IMG/VR virus record: IMGVR_UViG_3300045988_069092
Length of the DNA: 48,416 nucleotides
Direction: 5' to 3' (one strand)
From: a virus
Positions 23,524 through 30,902 of this stretch are shown here, one piece after another; within the stretch, counting starts at the first letter, position 1; each line of letters starts with the position of its first letter. The position numbers were made by a program, and so were the translations under genes. Below the pieces are notes generated by a model, which had not been told where the DNA came from, ran no database searches, and saw only the letters and a list, made by a program, of their open reading frames with translations.

Positions 23524-25098
23524 ACGAAAGCGGTAATCTATGCCAGATATTCGAGCCATAGCCAAAGGGAAGAATCCATAGAGGGACAGCTTCGGGAGTG
23601 TCACGACTTTGCGCTGAAAAACGGAATGACCATCATCGGTGAGTACTGCGATAAGGCAATCTCAGGAAAGACCGACAATCGACCGAGCTTCCAACGGCTC
23701 ATAAAGGACAGCGAGAAGGGGCAGTTTGAAGCGGTGATAATGTATACCCTTGACCGTTTCGCTCGAAATAGGTACGACTCTGCCATCTACAAAGCAAAAC
23801 TGAAAAAGAACGGTGTGCGGGTCTACTATGCCAAACAGCCAATGCCCGACACGCCAGAGGGCATTATCCTTGAGTCCGTGTTGGAGGGGTATGCCGAGTA
23901 CTACTCGGAGAACCTGTCACGCAACATCAAACGGGGCATGAAGGAAAACGCATTGCAGTGCATTGCCAACGGTGGAGCCGGTATGCCCTTGGGGTACACG
24001 GTAGGCGAAGACAGAAGGTACAAGATAGACCCCGTTGGAGCAAGAATCGTTCAAGAGATTTTCCAGATGTACGCTGACGGTATGTCGGCTACGCAAATCA
24101 TCAACGAGTGCAACAAGCGTGGCTATAAGACCGCACGAGGAAATGCGTTCAACAAAAATAGCCTACGCACCATGTTGAAGAACGACAGGTACATAGGCGT
24201 ATATCGGTTTGCGGATGTCGTGGTGGAGGGTGGTGTCCCGCCCATCATAAGCCGGGAGCTGTTTGACAAGGTTCAAGCTACCCTCAAGCACAACTATTCA
24301 GCCCGTGCAAGGAACAAGGCCAAGGACGATTACCTTCTCACCGCCAAGCTGTTTTGCGGTCACTGCGGCTCCTCCATGGTGGGAGAGAGCGGCACTTCAA
24401 AGTCTGGAAAGCTCCATCACTACTACAAGTGCATAGAGCGCAAGCGCAAGCACAAGTGTAATAAGGCCGTGGAGAAGAAAGACTGGATGGAGGAGTTGGT
24501 GGTTCGCTTCACTGTCCAAAAAGTGCTGACCGATGAAAACATAGAGCGCATTGCGGTCAAGGCCATGGAGATTATCGAGAAGGAGTCTGCTGACACCACC
24601 TACATTGATGGTCTACGAAACGAGCTGAAAGAGGTTAAGAAGAAAATCAAGAACCTCATGACTGCCATCGAGCAGGGCATTATCACCCCGTCCACCAAGG
24701 AGAGGATGGACGAGCTGGAACTTGAGAAGAACGAGATAGAGGGAAGAATCGCCAGCGAGGAAATGAAAAAGCCACTCCTGACGAAAGAGCGCATAATGTA
24801 CTGGCTCTACTCGTTCAAGAGTGGCAATATAGATGATGTCGAGTACAAGCGTAGGGTGATAGACACGCTGGTGAACTCGGTGTATGTCTATGATGAAGGG
24901 GACAAAGGGAGAAGAATTGTCTTCACCTTCAACATATCAGGGCAAAACACCGCTACGCTCTCGTGTTCGGATATAGCGTGTTTCGCTCCACCAAAAATAA
25001 ACCACCCGCAAGGGTGGATTTATTTTTGCCGTGGGCCTGCGGGAGTCGAAGTTTATCCCCCCTTGCGGGGGAAATCCCTTCAGGTCCACCAAAAATAA
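23524..25098 (+). CDS. Large serine recombinase (integrase)
   Basis: KAVIYARYSSHSQREESIEGQ catalytic region lies upstream of the first ATG of the ORF track. It also has a recombinase domain and a zinc ribbon (CGHCGSSM...YYKC). No ATG/GTG/TTG occurs at the expected start; an ACG sits 7 nt after GGAGG. Confidence 0.85.
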   Translation, partial: TKAVIYARYSSHSQREESIEGQLRECHDFALKNGMTIIGEYCDKAISGKTDNRPSFQRLIKDSEKGQFEAVIMYTLDRFARNRYDSAIYKAKLKKNGVRVYYAKQPMPDTPEGIILESVLEGYAEYYSENLSRNIKRGMKENALQCIANGGAGMPLGYTVGEDRRYKIDPVGARIVQEIFQMYADGMSATQIINECNKRGYKTARGNAFNKNSLRTMLKNDRYIGVYRFADVVVEGGVPPIISRELFDKVQATLKHNYSARARNKAKDDYLLTAKLFCGHCGSSMVGESGTSKSGKLHHYYKCIERKRKHKCNKAVEKKDWMEELVVRFTVQKVLTDENIERIAVKAMEIIEKESADTTYIDGLRNELKEVKKKIKNLMTAIEQGIITPSTKERMDELELEKNEIEGRIASEEMKKPLLTKERIMYWLYSFKSGNIDDVEYKRRVIDTLVNSVYVYDEGDKGRRIVFTFNISGQNTATLSCSDIACFAPPKINHPQGWIYFCRGPAGVEVYPPLRGKSLQVHQK

Positions 25099-25188
25099 GC
25101 CCCCCGCAGAGGTGGCTTTATTTTTGTCGTGGGCCTAGGGATTCGAGGTTTATGCCCTGAAAGGGTAAATCCCTTCAGACCTACCAGG
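24986..25188 (+). repeat. Tandem modules of about 95-98 bp. Each has a tRNA-like ...CCACCA end, an intrinsic terminator, and then a tRNA-Ala-like acceptor minihelix.
   Basis: CTCCACCA at 24986, GTCCACCA at 25084 and ACCTACCA at 25179. Homologous AAAATAA-hairpin-TTTATTTTTG terminators follow. GGGCCTG (25034-25040) pairs with CAGGTCC (25081-25087), giving G3:U70, A73 and CCA. Confidence 0.7.
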
Positions 25189-25261
25189 CATTCAGAACCA
25201 TCTGGAAATTGGATTATTCTGAATTTTCCTTTCGGTTGAAGAAAACAGCTACTCTCGTTTA

Positions 25262-25311
25262 TGCAAAATCAGAAGCACTCGACTACTACATAAGTCAAGT
25301 GCATCTGATTT
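25262..25311 (-). terminator. Probable terminator of the MTase-nuclease gene
   Basis: A stem of about 13 bp (AAATCAGAAGCACT / AGTGCATCTGATTT, one mismatch), followed by TTTTG on the minus strand. Confidence 0.5.
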
Positions 25312-25320
25312 ATTTAAATA

Positions 25321-27345
25321 CTATTCAGTAGTCTTTCCATAAGGACCTATGAATCTGAATCCGTTTCTATGAATCATGTGGTCTGGATTAGTGACAATCC
25401 AAACCTCAGTCTCCCATGCAAGATCTTCCTTGCAGCTGCGAAATGCGTCGTTGCTCTCAAACGCAGTAATGTAAATGCATTTATCTGCACATTCTCCCAT
25501 CATCTGTTCAAGTTCATATTTTCGCTCTGCCGTAATTGGATTTGAAGTATGATAGGCTTCAATCAAGTAAATCCAATCTTTTTCCGCTGAATACGCAACA
25601 ATGTCAGGAAGCTTGCCTTGTGACAAATCTTTGATTCCAAGCTCTGCAAGCTTTTCTTTTTCATTTATGACACCATATTTGTTGTCTGAGTCTCCACAAT
25701 AAAGCAACGTCGCTCCATAACCGAAACGGGGCAGGAACTCAGTAATAACTTGTTGCTGTATCAAGTTATGTTCCCCATCTTTTAATTGGAACTCTTTTCC
25801 ATCCGGCATTTTTACATTAATCATAGGGATATTTCTTGTCTGTGCCAGCCTTTCCCGATATATTTTGTGGGTCTTGTTAAAAATTTCAACCTGTTTCTCC
25901 CAATCTTTCTGCCCGAATTTGCTGATAATCCGAGCGTACTCTGTGCTAATTCTGTACCCACGAGTTGCATCGCTTAGATTAGACTCTGGCTTTGACCGTT
26001 CTACGATTCCACCAATCAACAACTTACTAAAACCATCTCGGAGAACATAGTCATAGGAACCCTTGCTCATATTTTCCTCAAGATATGTATTGTAAAACTC
26101 TACGCATTGCTTTGTAGTAATACTATAACCAGAGTTTGTCGATTTGACTTTTCTCCACTCTTTTGAGGTCTTAACATCGCCTGCGGCTAGCAATGCCATG
26201 GCTAACTTCTCTTTATCTCGCCCAGTTAAGCCTTCCAAAGGAATCCCAAGCTGATCAATAATAAAAAGTGCCTCTCTTATCAAAGTCTGGACAGCAAGAT
26301 CTTTTTCTTGAAAAGATTTTTTTCCTTTTTGCTTTCTTGTTATAAGCTCGGGCAAATTATATCGGTCCATCCCTTTTTGGTGTCTCCCTTCTAAATAATC
26401 AACGACTGCCAGCGCCATTTTATATGCAAATATAGGAGGAACAGCATTTCCGATTTGTGTGTATTGACTTTCTTCAGAACCACAAAATTCAAACCAATCC
26501 GGAAATCCTTGTAGCCGTGCAGCTTCTCGCACTGTAATCCTTCGACGCCGCCCGTCCGACAACTTGATCCTGTGCATATCGCTAGTTGCGCCAGCAAGAT
26601 TACGACAAGTCAAAGTGCGCGCAGGGCGATCCATGTGCAAATCTCTTGGAGTCCTACATTTGGATGCTGCCTCATATTTTGCGATATACTCGTCCATCGC
26701 AGGAGTCAAAAAAATAGCATTATCAGGTATATCTGTAGCTAATGCGCCCAATGCTTCTCCAGCGCTTATAACATAGTCATTCGGCTTCGGAAACTTAAAC
26801 CCGCCGTGATGCCCGACAATAACCATTCTTTCTCTACTTTGAGGAACATCGAATTTTACAAGTTGAAAAGTTCTATGTTCGACTATGTACCCCAATTTCT
26901 TGCATTGGTCAATTATCGACTGAAAATACGAAGTACTTTGTTCAGGTAGCCCCTTAACATTTTCACACATCCATAAATCGGGTTGAACTTTTTTTACCGC
27001 TTCGATAAAAGCCGGAAAGCCATTTCTATCATCAATTTGTCCTTTCCGCTTCCCTCGCCTGCTAAAGGGTTGACAGGGAGGCCCCCCTATAAGAACACTC
27101 GCTCTAGGAAATTCAGTATCTTTTGTAATTATCTCTTGATGACACTCAGAACGAAGATTCTTTCTGTAGGTGTCACAACAATCTTCAACCATTTCATATC
27201 CTACGGTTTTTATCCCCGCAGCTTCAAATCCTAAAGACAGTCCGCCACAGCCTGCAAACAAATCTATGGCGCAATATTTGGAAGTTGGGGGGATTTTTAT
27301 GGTATTATTTAAATACTCAATAAAATTATCATATCTCTTGGGCAT
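25321..27345 (-). CDS. Fusion protein: C5 cytosine DNA methyltransferase (N-terminal) plus a BsuBI/PstI-like restriction endonuclease domain (C-terminal)
   Basis: MTase motifs DLFAGCGG, GGPPCQPFS, ENV and QIGNAVPP. The C-terminal LPDIVAYSAEKDWIYLIEA...AWETEVWIV..PDHMIHRNGFRFIGPY matches my recollection of the BsuBI_PstI REase family. Start refined to MPKRYDN after GGGGAGGG. Confidence 0.8.
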   Translation of the reverse strand: MPKRYDNFIEYLNNTIKIPPTSKYCAIDLFAGCGGLSLGFEAAGIKTVGYEMVEDCCDTYRKNLRSECHQEIITKDTEFPRASVLIGGPPCQPFSRRGKRKGQIDDRNGFPAFIEAVKKVQPDLWMCENVKGLPEQSTSYFQSIIDQCKKLGYIVEHRTFQLVKFDVPQSRERMVIVGHHGGFKFPKPNDYVISAGEALGALATDIPDNAIFLTPAMDEYIAKYEAASKCRTPRDLHMDRPARTLTCRNLAGATSDMHRIKLSDGRRRRITVREAARLQGFPDWFEFCGSEESQYTQIGNAVPPIFAYKMALAVVDYLEGRHQKGMDRYNLPELITRKQKGKKSFQEKDLAVQTLIREALFIIDQLGIPLEGLTGRDKEKLAMALLAAGDVKTSKEWRKVKSTNSGYSITTKQCVEFYNTYLEENMSKGSYDYVLRDGFSKLLIGGIVERSKPESNLSDATRGYRISTEYARIISKFGQKDWEKQVEIFNKTHKIYRERLAQTRNIPMINVKMPDGKEFQLKDGEHNLIQQQVITEFLPRFGYGATLLYCGDSDNKYGVINEKEKLAELGIKDLSQGKLPDIVAYSAEKDWIYLIEAYHTSNPITAERKYELEQMMGECADKCIYITAFESNDAFRSCKEDLAWETEVWIVTNPDHMIHRNGFRFIGPYGKTTE

Positions 27346-27438
27346 ATGTCCCTCCCCTTTCTCTTTTATAAAAATAGCCAACAATAGAAATTTACTCTTT
27401 TTGCATTATGCATACGATTAACTAATCGACTATTTTTA

Positions 27439-27467
27439 ATTATACTTCATTCTTTTTTAAATTGCAA
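27439..27467 (-). promoter_or_regulatory. Candidate promoter of the MTase-nuclease gene
   Basis: Minus strand reads TTGCAA (27462-27467), a 17-nt spacer, then TATAAT (27439-27444). Confidence 0.5.
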
Positions 27468-27713
27468 ATAGAAGCTTATTTATAAGCCGTGGGCTCTCAT
27501 ACAGGAAAAGCTGGTCTTGTCACGTATCTCACGCGGTATGCGCCCGTGCTACGCCACATGATTTTTATATCGTCGCATGAAGAAAGCACTTCCGCCCTGC
27601 GCTTGCAGGAGGGAAGTGCTTTCTCGGCCCAAGAATACACACCATTTTTCGCGGTGGTCATATTTTTATATGCTTTTTTCGATTTTGTTCTGCTATAATT
27701 TCGGCGGCTAAAA

Positions 27714-27783
27714 GTGCGCCATGCGGCAGAGCGTTCGGTTCGCATCCGAGAGGTCGAGGGTTCGAATCCCTTCAGGTCCACCA
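27714..27783 (+). tRNA. 5'-truncated tRNA-Ala(CGC)-like segment (D-arm to CCA). The 5' acceptor strand is missing.
   Basis: Anticodon arm TTCGG-TTCGCAT-CCGAG (anticodon CGC). Variable loop AGGTC. T-arm GAGGG-TTCGAAT-CCCTT. Acceptor 3' strand CAGGTCC, then A and CCA. No complementary GG(A/G)CCTG occurs upstream. An extended -10 (TGCTATAAT, 27691-27699) lies just upstream. Confidence 0.55.
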
Positions 27784-27845
27784 AACAGTGCAAATCCGAA
27801 CACCTTGTTTTTCGTCAAACATTGCTTCGGATTTGTTATGAACAT

Positions 27846-27878
27846 AGAGGAGGTAGGCTGATTATGCCTACCTCCTCT
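27846..27878 (+). terminator. Strong hairpin (13-bp perfect stem), terminator-like
   Basis: AGAGGAGGTAGGC-TGATTAT-GCCTACCTCCTCT, followed by TGTTGTGTG. The T-run is weak. Confidence 0.5.
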
Positions 27879-27911
27879 TGTTGTGTGAAGTTATTGTTCT
27901 TGTTCTTGGCG

Positions 27912-28020
27912 AAGTAGTTAAAGTAGTTGTTCTTGGGTTTTTGCGTGTAACTTTTGCTTAGTATGCGCATATATAGAGAAAGTTTACGCAAAAACCGATT
28001 TTGAACTACTTTTACTACTT
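27912..28020. repeat. Nested palindromic element, copy C (109 bp), inverted relative to copy A
   Basis: Outer arms AAGTAGTTAAAGTAGTTG and GAACTACTTTTACTACTT. Inner arms TTTTTGCGTGTAAC and GTTTACGCAAAAA. The centre is TATGCGCATA. The right arm contains the holin stop codon. Confidence 0.85.
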
Positions 28021-28317
28021 CTGCTCGGCCTGTTTCAGCTCCAAGACAGCGGACTCAATGAGGTTGTCAATCTCCTCGGTGTTCAGGGTGAAGCCCTTGC
28101 TGTTGAGGAAATCCAGCACATATTTCTTCTTTTCCTCACCTCTGCCACTGCCCACATAGAGCATTTCTGCCGCTTGCACGGCAACCTGCACCCACAGCTT
28201 GATGGTCTTGAACTGCTCGTCCGTGGTTTTCGCCTTGATATAGGGAATCAAGAAAGCGGAAATCAGGGAGATAATCAGGGTCAGAACTGCGGTGATGATG
28301 GGAGTAAGGTCAATCAT
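28015..28317 (-). CDS. Holin (LL-H-like)
   Basis: N-terminal TM helix, followed by an amphipathic region. Its position is next to the endolysin. Confidence 0.6.
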   Translation of the reverse strand: MIDLTPIITAVLTLIISLISAFLIPYIKAKTTDEQFKTIKLWVQVAVQAAEMLYVGSGRGEEKKKYVLDFLNSKGFTLNTEEIDNLIESAVLELKQAEQK

Positions 28318-28319
28318 GG

Positions 28320-28610
28320 TTAAAATCCTCCTTGTTCATTGAAAGATTGCTCAGTCGGTTCGACATTGTACTGTTTCATCAGCTTAATGCGATTCTCGAC
28401 CTTTGCTTTTGTGTAGTAGAAGCCAGTCCCCGTTGCGGTCTCTGCGGCAACGGCTGGAATGAGATATGCCATCGGAGAGAGGTCGCAGGTTCGCCACATC
28501 ATGACGAGAGCGAACGCAATCACCACGATGTTGATAACGAACACTGCCACCACAATTCTCTTGGAGAACTCCCAAACGGGTTTCTGCTTCTTCCGTCTGC
28601 GCCGTGGCAT
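28320..28610 (-). CDS. Two-TM membrane protein, holin/antiholin candidate
   Basis: Basic N-terminus (MPRRRRKKQK) and two hydrophobic helices. It lies directly downstream of the endolysin. Confidence 0.55.
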   Translation of the reverse strand: MPRRRRKKQKPVWEFSKRIVVAVFVINIVVIAFALVMMWRTCDLSPMAYLIPAVAAETATGTGFYYTKAKVENRIKLMKQYNVEPTEQSFNEQGGF

Positions 28611-29590
28611 TAGAGCTTCTGGACGAAGTCAAGCGAAATCCAACCAGCCCCGGATTTCAGCTTGCCCCACTTGGTAGCACCCTGACCGTCCTGCTCCTCA
28701 ACGATGGTGTAGACACCCGGCTTGATGAAGCCGTTCGTGCCGTAGTTCGTGCCAGCACCCCTGCGGATATACAGGTCGGTGGCGGTCACACGCACGATAT
28801 AGGGAACAGAAGCGGTGGAAGTACCGCCCTTCTCGTACACTACCTTGCCGCTCTCGTCAAAGACCTTGTAGCCGGGGTTCTTGTCCACCAGAGACTTGGC
28901 GTTTGCCAGAACGGAGAAAGCACCGAGCTGACTCTTTGTGTCAGACCAGCTCTTACGCACCCTGTAGAGGGTTTTCTGAGCAGGGGGCTTCGGCGGTGCG
29001 GGTGTGTCGGAAGCATTGCCGAGAAGTTTGTTGACCTCTACGGCAATCTGAGCATGTCTGTTGTACAGATAATCGCCGGGACACGCTTTCTGTGCGAACC
29101 AGCGGTGTACAGTCATGTTCTGCTCACTGACTTTCCCCACAAGGGACTTGTCCCCTTTCCAGAGGAGCTTCTTAATGCCGTTGCGCTTGCAGATGTCTGC
29201 AACCAGCCTGACCAGAGCATTGTACGCTTGGTCTGTCACGGCATAGGGGTGGGTGGTGTCACTCGCCACCTCGATTGTGATTGCCCGGTGGTCATTGTCT
29301 GCGCCAGAGATACCGTTTACCCGGATAGGGTTCCCGTACTTGTCAGTGCCACCAGAACACCAAGAGCGGTTCTTTTCCTCAACGGACAGGCCGATAGAAC
29401 CGTCTTTACCCACGACATAGTTTGCCGAACACTGCCTGTCCGTGTTGGCAAAGTAATCGCACCCCTGCTTTGCCGTCCACTGTCCGACAATGCAGTGAAT
29501 GGTGATGGTGTCAATGATGTGCTTTCTCTGCCCGGAATGGTTCGAGGTGAGCTTGGTGTAGGTCACGAGTGGGCTGTTTGCGTAAGTCAT
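28610..29590 (-). CDS. Endolysin: N-acetylmuramoyl-L-alanine amidase (Amidase_2/PGRP) with a C-terminal SH3b-like domain
   Basis: ITIHC...ANYVVGKDG...ITIEVASD...HRWFAQKACPG pattern. The C-terminal YIRRGAGTNYG...GWISLDFV is SH3b-like. Confidence 0.85.
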   Translation of the reverse strand: MTYANSPLVTYTKLTSNHSGQRKHIIDTITIHCIVGQWTAKQGCDYFANTDRQCSANYVVGKDGSIGLSVEEKNRSWCSGGTDKYGNPIRVNGISGADNDHRAITIEVASDTTHPYAVTDQAYNALVRLVADICKRNGIKKLLWKGDKSLVGKVSEQNMTVHRWFAQKACPGDYLYNRHAQIAVEVNKLLGNASDTPAPPKPPAQKTLYRVRKSWSDTKSQLGAFSVLANAKSLVDKNPGYKVFDESGKVVYEKGGTSTASVPYIVRVTATDLYIRRGAGTNYGTNGFIKPGVYTIVEEQDGQGATKWGKLKSGAGWISLDFVQKL

Positions 29591-29604
29591 GCTATCAATC
29601 CTCC

Positions 29605-30135
29605 TTACAAGAAAGTGTTTTCGTTGGAGCAGTTCTGATAGACTCTCTTGATGTTCTCGATAGCCAGAACAGCCTTGTTGTTCTCGTACTCAGGATGTTC
29701 GGCGCAGAACTTCTCGTACCGAGTGACATCATCGAGAATCTGGTCGAAATGCTCTTTCGTATGTTTTTGCTCGTGCAGGATTTCATCGTTGAAGCGTAAA
29801 ATCCTATACCGGCATGTAGTAGCTTCGTTCTCGGCAATCATCTTCGCCAAACGGTTCAGGCTTTCCAGATTGTTGAGTTGAGCCGTTTGAATGGCGGCAA
29901 TGGTCTTCGAAAACTGCTTCTGGATTTTGACACTCTGCTCATGCCACTTCAGATAATTGCTTGCCTGTTCGATTACCTCCTGCACCTTTTTCTCTTTTTC
30001 TTCTTCCTGCTTATACTTCTCAATCAGGTGGTTTTTGACGATGGTGTACAACTTCCAGAGGAATACCAGTGCGACAATGACTACCGCAACCGTGGAAATC
30101 GTAATATCGCCAAAAACCTTCAAAAACTCGTCCAT
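29605..30135 (-). CDS. N-terminally membrane-anchored coiled-coil protein
   Basis: TM segment ITISTVAVVIVALVFLW followed by a charged coiled coil. Function unknown. Confidence 0.6.
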   Translation of the reverse strand: MDEFLKVFGDITISTVAVVIVALVFLWKLYTIVKNHLIEKYKQEEEKEKKVQEVIEQASNYLKWHEQSVKIQKQFSKTIAAIQTAQLNNLESLNRLAKMIAENEATTCRYRILRFNDEILHEQKHTKEHFDQILDDVTRYEKFCAEHPEYENNKAVLAIENIKRVYQNCSNENTFL

Positions 30136-30156
30136 CGGGCTTCTCCTTCGCTGAAA

Positions 30157-30588
30157 TTACTTAGTAGGGGTGTATTCCTCCCACCCCTGCGGGTAGGCTT
30201 CGGGAGACCACACATTGCCGTCAATCAACGACCTGTAGAGCTTGTCCTTGTACTGGACAATGTCCCCGGTGTTGTATGCGTCATGTGTGCCGATGGGCTG
30301 AGTCCAGATGGGGTAGCCCTCCTCGTTGAGACCGAGGGGTGTGTACAGGGCAGGAACAGCGTCAGGTCTCCAATCGTCCTGAGAGGTGTGAGCCTGTGCC
30401 ACACGATAGAGCTGGGGGTCTCCCACGCTGTTCACGCCGTAGGTGAAACGGTCGTTCACCTTGTAGTTCACACCGACCTTCCAAGGACGATACAGCGCAA
30501 CGCAAATCAGGGCGGTGTCCTCGTCCAGACTCGCACCTGCGTAGTCCATAGCGTCACGGATTGCTTTTGCCTGTTCAATCATGCTCAT
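30157..30588 (-). CDS. Carbohydrate-binding (ChtBD3 / CBM5-12-like) protein
   Basis: YNTGDIVQYKDKLYRSLIDGNVWSPEAYPQGW motif, and an earlier similar repeat. Confidence 0.6.
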   Translation of the reverse strand: MSMIEQAKAIRDAMDYAGASLDEDTALICVALYRPWKVGVNYKVNDRFTYGVNSVGDPQLYRVAQAHTSQDDWRPDAVPALYTPLGLNEEGYPIWTQPIGTHDAYNTGDIVQYKDKLYRSLIDGNVWSPEAYPQGWEEYTPTK

Positions 30589-30902
30589 ACGCTCACCCCC
30601 ACAATTTCCAGAGCTTCCTTCATGTCCTGCACAATGCTTGCACCCTCGTTGATTTCAAGCGTCCTGCCGGTGATAAGCCAGTTGCTCATGTTTCCTTCGA
30701 TTTCCTCTCGCAGACCTTCTTTGCCAGCCAGATGGAAAGTGTACTCGTCATACTCGAACATGGTGACTTCACGCTCGGTCATTTCATCGACCATGGTGAT
30801 GTCCTTGATGTTCTCCCTCAGACGCACTTCCACATACCCCGGCATGGGTGCGAACGGCTCAATGGTGAGCGAGTTGGGAGAGACATTTCCTCTTACTCTC
30901 AT
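30585..30902 (-). CDS. Hypothetical acidic protein overlapping the RT 3' end by 44 nt
   Basis: GGAGG lies 9 nt upstream of the ATG. It is not Avd-like: it is acidic and shows no obvious four-helix-bundle pattern. Confidence 0.55.
   Translation of the reverse strand: MRVRGNVSPNSLTIEPFAPMPGYVEVRLRENIKDITMVDEMTEREVTMFEYDEYTFHLAGKEGLREEIEGNMSNWLITGRTLEINEGASIVQDMKEALEIVGVSV

Noticed and set aside
22981-23604. 207-aa minus-strand ORF across the switch region.
   Set aside because: It is antisense to the CI-like repressor gene and the promoter region, has no SD, and its product has no motifs.
24986-25188. Possible CRISPR array suggested by the regularly spaced repeats.
   Set aside because: The units are about 97 bp long and homologous along their entire length, so there is no repeat/unique-spacer alternation. 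Their content is tRNA-like ends plus terminators. There are no cas genes.
27497-27793. 98-aa minus-strand ORF, and a complete tRNA call, at this locus.
   Set aside because: The ORF overlaps the tRNA-like sequence and an obvious hairpin, and it has no SD. A full tRNA is rejected because no sequence complementary to the acceptor 3' strand CAGGTCC exists in the 300 nt upstream.
30585-30902. The 105-aa ORF as the missing DGR accessory protein Avd.
   Set aside because: It is acidic rather than basic, it lies downstream of the RT instead of between the VR and TR, and it shows no obvious four-helix-bundle heptad pattern. It is kept only as a candidate non-homologous partner.
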